Shown here one piece after another: positions 1-13,812 of a stretch of DNA of 64,000 nucleotides. Origin of the DNA: the human T2T-CHM13v2.0 reference genome, Homo sapiens. The notes under the pieces were generated by a model, which saw nothing but the letters and a program-made list of their open reading frames with translations, made no database searches and was not told the origin of the DNA. Numbering within the stretch: the first letter of the stretch is position 1; the number at the start of each line of letters is the position of its first letter. A program made the translations under genes and the position numbers. The stretch lies in the NCBI RefSeq assembly GCF_009914755.1, contig NC_060933.1; one strand, written 5' to 3'.

Positions 1-3000
1 ATGGAATGGAATCTCTTCAAACCGAATGGAATGGAAAGGAATGGAATCAACACGAGTGGAAAGGAATGGAATGGAAAGGAATGGAATGGAATGGAATGGT
101 ACGGAATAGAACGGAATGGAACGAACTGGAATGGAATGGAATGGAATGGAATGGAATGGAATGGAATGGAATGGTATCGTTCCGAGTGGAATAGGAGGGA
201 ATGTATTCGAGTGGAATGGAAAGGAATGGAATCAACCAGAGTGGAATGGAAGGGAATGGAATGGAATGGAAACTAATAGAATGGAATCAACCCGAGTGGA
301 ATGGAATGGAAAGGACTGAAATGGAATGGAATGGAATGGAATGGAAGGCAATCAACTCGATTGTAATGGAATGGAATGGAATGGAATGGAATGGAATGGA
401 ATGGAATGGAATTAACCCGAATACAATGGAATGGAATGGAATGGAACGGAACGGAATGGAATGGAATGGAATGGAATGGAATGGAATGGTATGGAATGGA
501 ATGGAATGGTATGGAATAGAATGGAATGGAACGAAGTGTAATGGAATGGAATTGAATGGAATGGAATGGAATGGAATCAACGCAAGTGCAGGGGAATGTA
601 ATGGAACGGAATGCAATGGAATGGAATCATCCGGAATGGAATGGAATGGAAAGGAATGGAATGGAATGGAATCAACCCGAGTGCAATGGAATGGAGAGGA
701 ATGAAATGGAATGGAATGGAACAACCCGAATGGAATGGAATGTAATGGACAGTAAGGGAGTTGAATAGAATCAATCCGAATGTAATGGAATGGAATGCAA
801 CGGAATGGAATGGAATGGAATGGAATGGAAAGGAATGGAATGGAATGGAATGGACTGCAAAGGAATGGAATCAACCCGAGTGGAATGGCATGCAATGGAA
901 TGCAACTGAATGGAATGGAATGGAATCAACTCGAGTGGAAAGGAATGGAATGGAATGGAAAGGAATGGAATGAAGTCAACTCGAGTGGAATGGAATGGAA
1001 TGGAATGGATAGGAATGGATTGCAATGGAATGAAATGGAATGGAAAGAATGGAATCAATCATTCCGAGTGGAATGGAAGGGAATGTAATAGAGTGGAAAG
1101 AAGGGAATGGAATCAACCCGAGTGGAATGCAAGGCAATGGAATGGAATGGAAAGGAATGGAATGGAATCAACTCGATTGCAATGGAATGGAATGGAATGG
1201 AATGGAATGGAATGGAATCAACTCGATGGCAATCGAATGGAATGGAATGGAATTAACCCGAATGGAATGGAATGGAATGGAATGGAACGGAACGGAATGG
1301 AATGGAATGGAATGGAATGGAATGGAATGGAATCAACGCGAGTGCAGGGGAATGGAATGGAATGGAATGCAATGGAATGGAATCTTCCGGAATGGAATGG
1401 AATGGAATGAAAGGCAATGGATTCAACTCGATGGCAATGGAATGGAATAGAATGGAATGGAATGGAATGGAATGGAATTGAATGGAATGGATTGCCTTCA
1501 AACCGAATGGAATGGAAAGGAATGGAATAAACACGAGTGGAAAGGAATGGAATGGAAAGGAATGGAATGGAATGGAATGGTATGGAATAGAATGGAATCG
1601 AACGAACTGGAATGGAATGGAATGGAATGGAATGGAATGGAATGGAATGGAATCGTTCCGAGTGGAATAGGAGGGAATGTATTCGAGTGGAATGGAAAGG
1701 AATGGAATCAACCAGAGTGCAATGGAAGGGAATGGAATGGAATGGAAACTAATAGAATGGAATCAACCCGAGTGGAAAGGAATGGAAAGGACTGGAATGG
1801 AATGGAATGGAATGGAATGGAATGGAATCAACTCGATTGTAATGGAATGGAATGGAATGGAATGGAATGGAATGGAATGGAATTAACCCGAATACAATGG
1901 AATGGAATGGAATGGAACGGAATGGAGTGGAATGGAATGGAATCAACCCGAGTGCAGGGGAATGGAATGGAATGGAATGCAATGGAATGGAATCATCCGG
2001 AATGGAATGGAATGGAATGGAATGCAAAGCAATGGAATCCACTCGATTGCAATGGAATGGAATGGAATGGAAAGGAATAGAATTGAATCAACCCGAGTGT
2101 AATGGAATGGAAAGGACTGGAATGGAGTGGAATGGAATGGAATGGAATGGAATGGAATCAACTCGATTGGAATGGAATCTAATGGAATGGAATGGAATGG
2201 AATGGAATGGAATTAACCCGAATAGAATGGAATGGAATGGAATGGAACGGAATGGAATGGAATGGAATGGAATGGAATGGAATCAACCCGACTGCAGGGG
2301 AATGGAATGGAATGGAATGGAATGGAATGGAATCATCCGGAACGGAATGGAATGGAATGGAATGGAATCAACTCGATTGCAATGGAATGGAATGGAATGG
2401 AATGGAATGGAATGGAATGGAATGGAATGGAATGGAATGGAATTAACCGGAATAGAATGGAATGGAATGGAATGGAACGGAATGGAATGGAATGGAATGG
2501 AATCAACCCGAGTGCAGGGGAATGGAATGGAATGGAATGCAATGGAATGGAATCATCCGGAATGGAATGGAATGGAATGGAATGCAATCAACCTGATGCA
2601 ATGGAATGGAGTGGAATGGAATGGAATGGAATGGAAACATCCCGAATGGAATGGAATGTAATGGAGTGTAAGGGAATTGAATAGAATCAAACGGAATGGA
2701 ATGGAATGGAATGGAATGAAATGGAATGGAATGGAATGGAATGGAATCAACCCGAGTGCAATGGAATGGATTCGAATGGAATGGAATGGAATGGAATGGA
2801 TTCAACAAGAATGGAATGGAAAGGAATGGAATCAACCCGAGTGTAATGGCATGGAATGGAACGGAATGGAATGGGATGGAATGGAATGGTACGGCATAGA
2901 ATGGAATGGAATGAAATGGAATGGAATGGAATGGAATGGAATGGAATGGAATGAACCCGTGTGCAATGGAATGGAATGGAATGGATTCAACTCGAATGGA

Positions 3001-5019
3001 ATCAACTCGATTGCAATGGAATGGAATGGAAGTGAAAGGAATAGAATGGAATCATCCCGAGTGGAATGGAATGGAAAGGACTGGAATGGAGTGGAATGGA
3101 ATGGAATGGAATTAACCCGAATAGAATGAAATGGAACGGAATGGAATGGAATGTAATGGAATGGAATGGAATGGAATCAACCCGAGTGCAGGGGAATGGA
3201 ATGGAATGGAATGCAATGGAATGGAATCATCCGGAATGGAAAGGAATGGAATGGAATGGAATGGAATGGAATGGAATGGAATGGAATCAACTCGATTTCA
3301 ATGGAATGGAATGGAATAGAATGGAATGGAATTAACACGAATAGAATGGAATGGAATGGAATTGAATGGAACAGAAAGGAATGGAATGGAATGGAATGGA
3401 ATCAACCCAAGTGCAGGGGAATGGAATGGAATGGAATTCAATGGAATGGAATCATCCGGAATGGAATGGAATGGAATGGAATGGAATGGAATGGAATGGA
3501 ATGGAATGGAATCAACCCGAGTGCAATGGAATGGAGAGGAATGGAATGGAATGGAATGGAAACTACACGAATCGAATGGAATGTAATGGAGTGTAAGGGA
3601 ATTGAATAGAATGAATCCGAATGGAATGGAATGGAATGGAATCAACGCGAGTGCAGGGGAATGGAATGTAATGGAATGCAATGGAATGGAATCTTCCGGA
3701 ATGGAATGGAATGGAATGGAATGCAATGGATTCAACTCGATTGCAATGGAATGGAATAGAATGGAATGGAATGGAATGGAATGGAATTAACCCGAATTGA
3801 ATGGAATAGAATGGAACGGAATGGAACGGAACGGAATGGAATGGAATGGAATGGAATGGAATGGAATGGTGGGGAATGGAATGGAATGGAATGGAATCAA
3901 CGCGAGTGCAGGGGAATGTAATGGAAAAGAATGTAATGGAATGGAATCATCCGGAATGGAATGGAATGGAATGGAATGGAATGGAATCAACCCGAGTGCA
4001 ATGGAATGGAGTGGAATGGAATGGAATGGAATGGAACAACCCGAATGGAATGGAATGTAATGGAGACTAAGGGAGTTGAATAGAATCAATCCGAATGTAA
4101 TGGAATGGAATGGAACGGAATGGAATGGAATGGAATGGAATGGAATGCAATTGAATGGAATCAACCCGAGTACAATGGAATGGAATGGAATGGAATGGAA
4201 TGGAATGGAATGGAATGGAATGGAATGGCTTCAAACCGAATGGAATGGAAAGGAATGGAATCAACACGAGTGGAATGGAATGGAATGGAATGGAATGCAA
4301 TCGAATGGAATGGAATGGAAAGAAATGGAATGGAATGGAATGGAATGGAATGGAATGGAATGGAATCGTTCCGAGTGGAATAGGAGGGAATGTATTCGAG
4401 TGGATTGGAAAGGAATGGAATCAACCAGACTGGAATGGAAGGGAATGGAATGGAATGGAAACTAATAGAATGGAATCAACCCGAGTGGAATGGAATGGAA
4501 AGGACTGGAATGGAATGGAATGGAATGGAATGGAATGGAATGGAATCAACCCGATTGTAATGGAATGGAATGGAATGGAATGGAATGGAATGGAATGGAA
4601 TGGAATGGAATGGAATGGAATTAACCCAAATACAATGGAATGGAATGGAATGGAACGGAATGGAGTGGAATGGAATGGAATCAACCCGAGTGCAGGGGAA
4701 TGGAATGGAATGGAATGGAATGCAATGGAATGGAATCATCCGGAATGGAATGGAATGGAATGGAATGCAAAGCAATGGAATCAACTCGATTGCAATGCAA
4801 TGGAATGGACTGGAAAGGAATACATTGGAATCAACCCGAGTGGAATGGAATGGAAAGGACTGGAATGGAGTGGAATGGAATGGAATGGAATGGAATGGAA
4901 TCAACTCGATTGGAATGGAATGGAATGGAATGGAATGGAATGGAATTAACCCGAATAGAATGGAATGGAATTAAATGGAAGGGAACGGAATGAAATGGAG
5001 TGGAATGGAATGGAATGGA

Positions 5020-8000
5020 ATGGAATGGAATGGAATGGAATCAACCCGACTGCAGGGGAATGGAATGGAATGGAATGCAATGGAATGCATTCAACTTGAA
5101 TGGAATGGAAAGAATGGAATCAACACGAGTGGAATGGCATGGATTGTAATCGAATGGAATGGAATGAACCCGAGTACAGGAGAATGGAATGGAATGGAAT
5201 GCAATGGAATGGAATCATCCGTAATGGAATGGAAAGGAATGGAATGGAATGGAATGGAATGGAATGGAATGGAATGGAATCAACTCGATTGCAATCGAAT
5301 GGAATGGAATGGAATTAACCCGAATAGAATGGAATGGAATGGAATGGAACGGAACGGAACGGAACGGAATGGAATGGAATGGAATGGAACGGAAAGGAAC
5401 GGAATGGAATGGAATGGAATGGAATGGAATCAACGCGAGTGCAGGGGAATGGAATGTAATGGAATGCAATGGAATGGAATCTTCCGGAATGGAATGGAAT
5501 GGAATGGAATGGAATCAACCCGAGTGCAATGGAGTGGAGTGGAATGGAATGGAATGGAATGGAACAACCCGAATGGAATGGAATGTAATGGAGAGTAAGG
5601 GAGTTGAATAGAATCATTCCGAATATAATGGAGTGGAATGGAACGGAATGGAATTGAATGGAATGGAATGGAATGCAATGGAATGGAATCAACCCGAGTG
5701 CAATGGAATGGAGAGGAATGGAATGGAATGGAATGGAAACTACCCGAATGGAATGGAATGTAATGGAGTGTAAGGGAATTGAATAGAATCAATCTGAATG
5801 GAATGCAATGGAATGGAATGGAATGGAATGGAATGGAATGGAATGGAATGGTATGGAATGGAATGGAATGGTACGGAATAGAATGGAAAGGAAAGAATTG
5901 GAATGGAATGGAATCAATTGGAATGGAATGGAATGGAATGGAATCAACCCGAGTGCAGGGGAATGTAATGGAACGGAATGCAATGGAATGCAATCATCCG
6001 GAATGGAATGGAAAGGAATGCAATGGAAAGGAATGGAATGGAATGGAATTAACCCGAATAGAATGGAATGGAATGGAATGGAACGGAACGGAATTGAATG
6101 GAATGGAATGGAATGGAACGGAAAGGAATGGAATGGAATGGAATGGAATGGAATGGAATGGAATGGAATCAACGCGAGTGCAGGGGAATGGAATGAAATG
6201 GAATGGAATGGAATGGAATGGAATGGAATCAACCCGAGTGCAATGGAATGGAGTGGAATGGAATGGAATGGAATGGAACAACCCGAATGGAATGGAATGT
6301 AATGGAGAGTAAGGGAATTGAAAAGAATCAATCCCACTGTAATGGAATGCAATGGAACGGAATAGAATGTAATTGAATGGAATGGAATGGAATGGAATGC
6401 AATGGAATGGAATCAATCCGAGTGCAATCGAATGGAATCGAATGGAATGGAATGCAATGGAATGGATTCAACTTGAATGGAATGGAAAGAATGGAATCAA
6501 CACGAGTGGAATGGCATGGATTGGAATGGAATGGAATGGAATCAACCCAAGTACAGGGGAATGGAATGGAATGGAATGCAATGGAATGGAATCATCCGTA
6601 ATGGAATGGAAAGGAATGGAATGGAACAGAATGGAATGGAATGGAATGGAATGGTATGGATTGGAATGGAATGGAATGGAATCAACGCGAGTGCAGGGGA
6701 ATGTAATGGAACGGAAAGCAATGGAATGGAATCATCGGGAATGGAATGGAATGGAATGGAATGGAATGGAATCAACCCGAGTGCAATGGAATGGAGTGGA
6801 ATGGAATGGAATGGAATGGAACAACCCGAATGGAATGGAATGTAATGGAGAGTAACGGAGTTGAATAGAATAAATCCGAATGTAATGGAATGTAATGGAA
6901 CGGAATGGAATGGAATGGAATGGAATGCAATGGAATGGAATCAACCCGAGTACAATGGAATGGAATGGAATGGAATGGAATGGAATGGAATGGAGTGGAA
7001 TGGAATGGAATGGAATGGCTTCAAACCGAATGGAATGGAAAGGAATGGAATCAACACGAGTGAAATGGAATGGAATGGAATGGAAACAACCAGAATTGAT
7101 TGGAATATAATGGAGTGTAAGGGAATTGAATAGAATCAATCTGAATGTAATGAAATGGAATGGAACGGAATGGAATGGAATGGAATGGAATGGAATGCAA
7201 TGGAATGGAATCAACCCGAGTGCAATCGAATGGAATCGAATGGAATGGAATGCAATGGAATGGATTCAACTTGAATGGAATGGAAAGAATGGAATCAACA
7301 CGAGTGGAATGGCATGGATTGGAATGGAATGGAATAGAGTCAACCCGAGTACAGGGGAATGGAATGGAATGGAATGCAATGGAATGGAATCATCCGTAAT
7401 GGAATGGAAAGGAATGGAATGGAATGGAATGGAATGGAATAGATTGGAATCAACTCGATTGTAATCGAATGGAACGGAATGGAATTAACCCCAATAGAAT
7501 GGAATGGAATGGAATGGAACGGAACGGAATGGAAGGGAATGGAATGGAATGGAATGCAATGGAACGGAAAGGAATGGAATGGAATGGAATGGAATGGAAT
7601 GGAATGGAATGGATTCAACGCGAGTGCAGGGGAATGGAATGGAATGGAATGCAATGGAATGGAATCTTCCGGAATGGATTGGAATGGAATGGAATGGAAT
7701 GCAATGGATTCAACTCGATTGCAATGGAGTGGAATAGAATGGAATGGAATGGAATGGAATTAACCCGAATAGAATGGAATGGAATGGAATGGAACGGAAC
7801 GGAACGGAACGGAACGGAATGGAATGGAATGGAATAGAATGGAATGGAATTGTATGGAATGGAATGGAATGGTACGGAATAGAATGGAATGGAAAGAATT
7901 GGAATGGAATGGAATCGAATGGAATGATATGGAATGGAATGGAATGGAATGGAATCAACCCGAGTGCAGGCGAATGTAATGGATCGGAATGCAATGGAAT

Positions 8001-11000
8001 GGAATCATCCGGAATGGAATGCAATGGAATGGAATGGAATGGAATGCAATGGAATGGAATCAACCCGAGTACAATGGAATGCAATGGAATGGAATGGAAT
8101 GGAATGGAATGCAAAGTAATGGAATCAAACCGAGTGCAATCGAATGGAATCGAATGGAATGGAATGCAATGGAATGGATTCAACTTGAATGGAATGGAAA
8201 GAATGGAATCAACACGAGTGGAATGGCATGGAATGGAATGGAATGGAATGGAATGGAATGGAATGGAATGGAATGGAATCAACCCGAGTACAGGAGAATG
8301 GAATGGAATGGAATGCAATGGAATGGAATCATTAGTAATGGAATGGAAAGGAATGGAATGGAATGGAATGGAATGGAATGAACTCGATTGCAATTGAATG
8401 GAATTGAATGGAATTAACCCGAATAGAATGGAATGGAATGGAATGGAACGGGACGGAATGGAATGGAATGGAATGGAATGGAACGGAACGGAACGGAATG
8501 GAATGGCATGGAATGGAATGGAATGGAATGGAATCAACGCGAGTGCAGGGGAATGGAATGGAATGGAATGGAATGGAATGGAATGGAATGGAATCAACCC
8601 GACTGCAGGGGAATGGAATGGAATGGAATGCAATGGAATGCATTCAACTTGAATGGAATGGAAAGAATGGAATCAACACGAGTGGAATGGCATGGATTGT
8701 AATCGAATGGAATGGAATGAACCCGAGTACAGGGGAATGGAATGGAATGGAATGCAATGGAATGGAATCATCCGTAATGGAATGGAAAGGAATGGAATGG
8801 AATGGAATGGAATGGAATGGAATGGAATGGAATCAACTCGATTGCAATCGAATGGAATGGAATGGAATTAACCCGAATAGAATGGAATGGAATGGAATGG
8901 AACGGAACGGAACGGAACGGAATGGAATGGAATGGAATGGAACGGAAAGGAACGGAATGGAATGGAATGGAATGGAATGGAATGGAATCAACGCGAGTGC
9001 AGGGGAATGGAATGTAATGGAATGCAATGGAATGGAATCTTCCGGAATGGAATGGAATGGAATGGAATGGAATCAACCCGAGTGCAATGGAGTGGAGTGG
9101 AATGGAATGGAATGGAATGGAACAACCCGAATGGAATGGAATGTAATGGAGAGTAAGGGAGTTGAATAGAATCATTCCGAATATAATGGAGTGGAATGGA
9201 ACGGAATGGAATTGAATGGAATGGAATGGAATGCAATGGAATGGAATCAACCCGAGTGCAATGGAATGGAGAGGAATGGAATGGAATGGAATGGAAACTA
9301 CCCGAATGGAATGGAATGTAATGGAGTGTAAGGGAATTGAATAGAATCAATCTGAATGGAATGCAATGGAATGGAATGGAATGGAATGGAATGGAATGGA
9401 ATGGAATGGAATGGTATGGAATGGAATGGAATGGTACGGAATAGAATGGAAAGGAAAGAATTGGAATGGAATGGAATCAATTGGAATGGAATGGAATGGA
9501 ATGGAATCAACCCGAGTGCAGGGGAATGTAATGGAACGGAATGCAATGGAATGCAATCATCCGGAATGGAATGGAAAGGAATGCAATGGAAAGGAATGGA
9601 ATGGAATGGAATTAACCCGAATAGAATGGAATGGAATGGAATGGAACGGAACGGAATTGAATGGAATGGAATGGAATGGAACGGAAAGGAATGGAATGGA
9701 ATGGAATGGAATGGAATGGAATGGAATGGAATGGAATCAACGCGAGTGCAGGGGAATGGAATGAAATGGAATGGAATGGAATGGAATGGAATGGAATCAA
9801 CCCGAGTGCAATGGAATGGAGTGGAATGGAATGGAATGGAATGGAACAACCCGAATGGAATGGAATGTAATGGAGAGTAAGGGAGTTGAAAAGAATCAAT
9901 CCGATTGTAATGGAATGCAATAGAACGGAATAGAATGGAATTGAATGGAATGGAATGGAATGGAATGCAATGGAATGGAATCAATCCGAGTGCAATCGAA
10001 TGGAATCGAATGGAATGGAATGCAATGGAATGGATTCAACTTGAATGGAATGGAAAGAATGGAATCAACACGAGTGGAATGGCATGGATTGGAATGGAAT
10101 GGAATGGAATCAACCCAAGTACAGGGGAATGGAATGGAATGGAATGCAATGGAATGGAATCATCCGTAATGGAATGGAAAGGAATGGAATGGAACAGAAT
10201 GGAATGGAATGGAATGGAATGGTATGGATTGGAATGGAATGGAATGGAATCAACGCGAGTGCAGGGGAATGTAATGGAACGGAAAGCAATGGAATGGAAT
10301 CATCGGGAATGGAATGGAATGGAATGGAATGGAATGGAATCAACCCGAGTGCAATGGAATGGAGTGGAATGGAATGGAATGGAATGGAACAACCCGAATG
10401 GAATGGAATGTAATGGAGAGTAACGGAGTTGAATAGAATAAATCCGAATGTAATGGAATGTAATGGAACGGAATGGAATGGAATGGAATGGAATGCAATG
10501 GAATGGAATCAACCCGAGTACAATGGAATGGAATGGAATGGAATGGAATGGAATGGAATGGAATGGAGTGGAATGGAATGGAATGGAATGGCTTCAAACC
10601 GAATGGAATGGAAAGGAATGGAATCAACACGAGTGAAATGGAATGGAATGGAATGGAAACAACCAGAATGGATTGGAATATAATGGAGTGTAAGGGAATT
10701 GAATAGAATCAATCTGAATGTAATGAAATGGAATGGAACGGAATGGAATGGAATGGAATGGAATGGAATGAAATGGAATGGAATCAACCCGAGTGCAATC
10801 GAATGGAATCGAATGGAATGGAATGCAATGGAATGGATTCAACTTGAATGGAATGGAAAGAATGGAATCAACACGAGTGGAATGGCATGGATTGGAATGG
10901 AATGGAATAGAGTCAACCCGAGTACAGGGGAATGGAATGGAATGGAATGCAATGGAATGGAATCATCCGTAATGGAATGGAAAGGAATGGAATGGAATGG

Positions 11001-12145
11001 AATGGAATGGAATAGATTGGAATCAACTCGATTGTAATCGAATGGAACGGAATGGAATTAACCCCAATAGAATGGAATGGAATGGAATGGAACGGAACGG
11101 AATGGAAGGGAATGGAATGGAATGGAATGCAATGGAACGGAAAGGAATGGAATGGAATGGAATGGAATGGAATGGAATGGAATGGATTCAACGCGAGTGC
11201 AGGGGAATGGAATGGAATGGAATGCAATGGAATGGAATCTTCCGGAATGGATTGGAATGGAATGGAATGGAATGCAATGGATTCAACTCGATTGCAATGG
11301 AGTGGAATAGAATGGAATGGAATGGAATGGAATTAACCCGAATAGAATGGAATGGAATGGAATGGAACGGAACGGAACGGAACGGAACGGAATGGAATGG
11401 AATGGAATAGAATGGAATGGAATTGTATGGAATGGAATGGAATGGTACGGAATAGAATGGAATGGAAAGAATTGGAATGGAATGGAATCGAATGGAATGA
11501 TATGGAATGGAATGGAATGGAATGGAATCAACCCGAGTGCAGGCGAATGTAATGGATCGGAATGCAATGGAATGGAATCATCCGGAATGGAATGCAATGG
11601 AATGGAATGGAATGGAATGCAATGGAATGGAATCAACCCGAGTACAATGGAATGCAATGGAATGGAATGGAATGGAATGGAATGCAAAGTAATGGAATCA
11701 ACCCGAGTGCAATCGAATGGAATCGAATGGAATGGAATGCAATGGAATGGATTCAACTTGAATGGAATGGAAAGAATGGAATCAACACGAGTGGAATGGC
11801 ATGGAATGGAATGGAATGGAATGGAATGGAATGGAATGGAATGGAATCAACCCGAGTACAGGAGAATGGAATGGAATGGAATGCAATGGAATGGAATCAT
11901 TAGTAATGGAATGGAAAGGAATGGAATGGAATGGAATGGAATGGAATGAACTCGATTGCAATTGAATGGAATTGAATGGAATTAACCCGAATAGAATGGA
12001 ATGGAATGGAATGGAACGGGACGGAATGGAATGGAATGGAATGGAATGGAACGGAACGGAACGGAATGGAATGGCATGGAATGGAATGGAATGGAATGGA
12101 ATCAACGCGAGTGCAGGGGAATGGAATGGAATGGAATGGAATGGA
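5020..12145 (+). repeat. Tandem duplication, 2 copies of a ~3.56 kb unit
   Basis: Identical or near-identical ORF translations recur at offsets 3553 (5100/8653), 3568 (6477/10045, 8398/11966) and 3573 (7126/10699, 7744/11317). Rare markers such as atcattccgaatataat, taacggagtt, caggcgaatgt and cattagtaat each occur twice. Boundaries are approximate. Confidence 0.92.
5476..5490 (+). promoter_or_regulatory. Canonical heat-shock element (nGAAnnTTCnnGAAn), representative left-arm copy
   Basis: gGAAt-cTTCc-gGAAt. Further copies start at 1379, 3688, 7661, 9034, 11234 and 12158. The consensus match is direct; function is inferred. Confidence 0.6.
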
Positions 12146-13419
12146 ATGCAATGGAATGGAATCTTCCGGAATGGAATGGAATGGAATGGAATGGAATGGA
12201 ATGGAATGGAATGGAATTAACCCGAATACAATGGAATGGAATGCAATGGAACGGAATGGAGTGGAATGGAATGGAATCAACCCGAGTGCAGGGGAATGGA
12301 ATGGAATGGAATGCAATGGAATGGAATCATCCGGAATGGAATGGAATGGAATGGAATGCAATGCAATGGAATCAACTCTATTGCAATGGAATGGAATGGA
12401 AAGGAATAGAATGGAATCAACCCGAGTGGAATGGAATGGAAAGGACTGGAATGGAGTGGAATGGAATGCAATGGAATGGAATTAACTCGATTGGAATGGA
12501 ATGGAAAGGAATGGAATGGAATTAACCCGAATAGAATGGAATGCAATGGAATGGAACGGAATGGAATAGAATGGAATGGAATGGAATGGAATGGAAAGGA
12601 ATCAAACCGACTGCAGGGGAATGGAATGGAATGGAATGCAATGGAATGGAATCATCCGGAACGGAATGGAATGGAATGTAATGGAATCAACTCGATTGCA
12701 ATGGAATGGAATGGAATGGAATGGAATGGAATTCACCCGAATAGAATGGAATGGAATGGAATGGAAAGGAATGGAAGGGAAGGGAATGGAATGTAATCAA
12801 CCCGAGTGCAGGGGAATGGAATGGAATGGAATGCAATGGAATGGAATCATGCGGAATGGAATGGAATGGAATGGAATGGAATGGAATGGAATGGAATGGA
12901 ATAGAATGCAATGGAATGGAATCAACCCGAGTACAATGGAATGGAATGGAATGGAATGGAATGGAATGGAATGGAATGGAATGGAATTGAATGGAATGGA
13001 ATGCCTTCAAACTGAATGGAATGGAAAGGAATGTAATCAACACGAGTGGAATGGAATCGAATGGAATGGAATGGAATGGAATGGAATGGTACGGAATAGA
13101 ATGGAATGGAACGAAATGGAATGGAATGGAATGGAATGGAATCGTTCCGAGTGGAATAGGAGGGAATGTATTCGAGTGAAATGGAAAGGAATGGAATCAA
13201 CCAGTGTGCAATGGAAGGGAATGGAATGGAATGGAAACTAATAGAATGGAATCAACCCGAGTGGAATGGAATGGAAAGGACTGGAATGGAATGGAATGGA
13301 ATGGAATGGAATCAACTCCATTGTAATGGAATGGAATGGAATGGAAAGGAATGGAATGGAATGCAATGGAATTAACCCGAATACAATGAAAAGGAATGGA
13401 ATGGAACGGAATGCAAAGC

Positions 13420-13447
13420 AATGGAATCAACTCGGGTTGATTCCATT
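13420..13447. other. Inversion / strand-switch breakpoint forming a 28-bp quasi-palindrome
   Basis: aatggaatcaac-tcgg-gttgattccatt: perfect 12-bp inverted arms (13420-13431 and 13436-13447) around a 4-nt spacer. Satellite polarity flips exactly here. Confidence 0.97.
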
Positions 13448-13812
13448 CCCTTCTTTCCATTCCATTCCATTCCATTCCATTCCATTCCGTTCCATTCCAT
13501 TCCATTACATTCGGATTGATTCTATTCAATTCCCTTACACTCCATTACATTCCATTCCATTCGGGTAGTTTCCACTCCATTCCATTCCCCTCCTCTCCAT
13601 TCCATTGCACTCGGGTTGACTCCATTCCATAGCATTCCATTCCATTCCATTCAATTCCATTCCGTTCCATTCCATTCCATTACATTCGGATTGATTCTAT
13701 TCAACTCCCTTACTCTCCATTACATTCGATTCCATTCAGGTTGTTCCATTCCATTCCATTCCATTCCACTCCATTCCATTGCACTCGGGTTGATTCCATT
13801 CCATTCCATTCC

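Larger units (their letters stand above)
1..13434 (+). repeat. HSat3 block with the G-rich (GGAAT) strand on +
   Basis: The + strand reads GGAAT throughout, up to ...gcaatggaatcaactcg (ends 13434). Confidence 0.98.

Noticed and set aside
178-280. Divergent purine-rich module (ggaataggagggaatgtattcgag...aaactaatag) as a possible insertion or Shine-Dalgarno-like AGGAGG
   Set aside because: It stays in pentamer register, recurs ~17 times as an ordinary satellite module, has no target-site duplication, and the context is eukaryotic heterochromatin.
5020-12145. The ~3.56 kb period resembles the unit length of Y-chromosome DYZ1
   Set aside because: Only two copies are present and other regions show different periods, whereas DYZ1 is a long regular array. 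The match is probably coincidental; alignment to a DYZ1 consensus would settle it.
13197-13568. Chimeric ORFs crossing the junction (MEWNG-type N-terminus, HSIPF-type C-terminus, on both strands)
   Set aside because: A trivial consequence of the strand switch; useful only as a marker of it.
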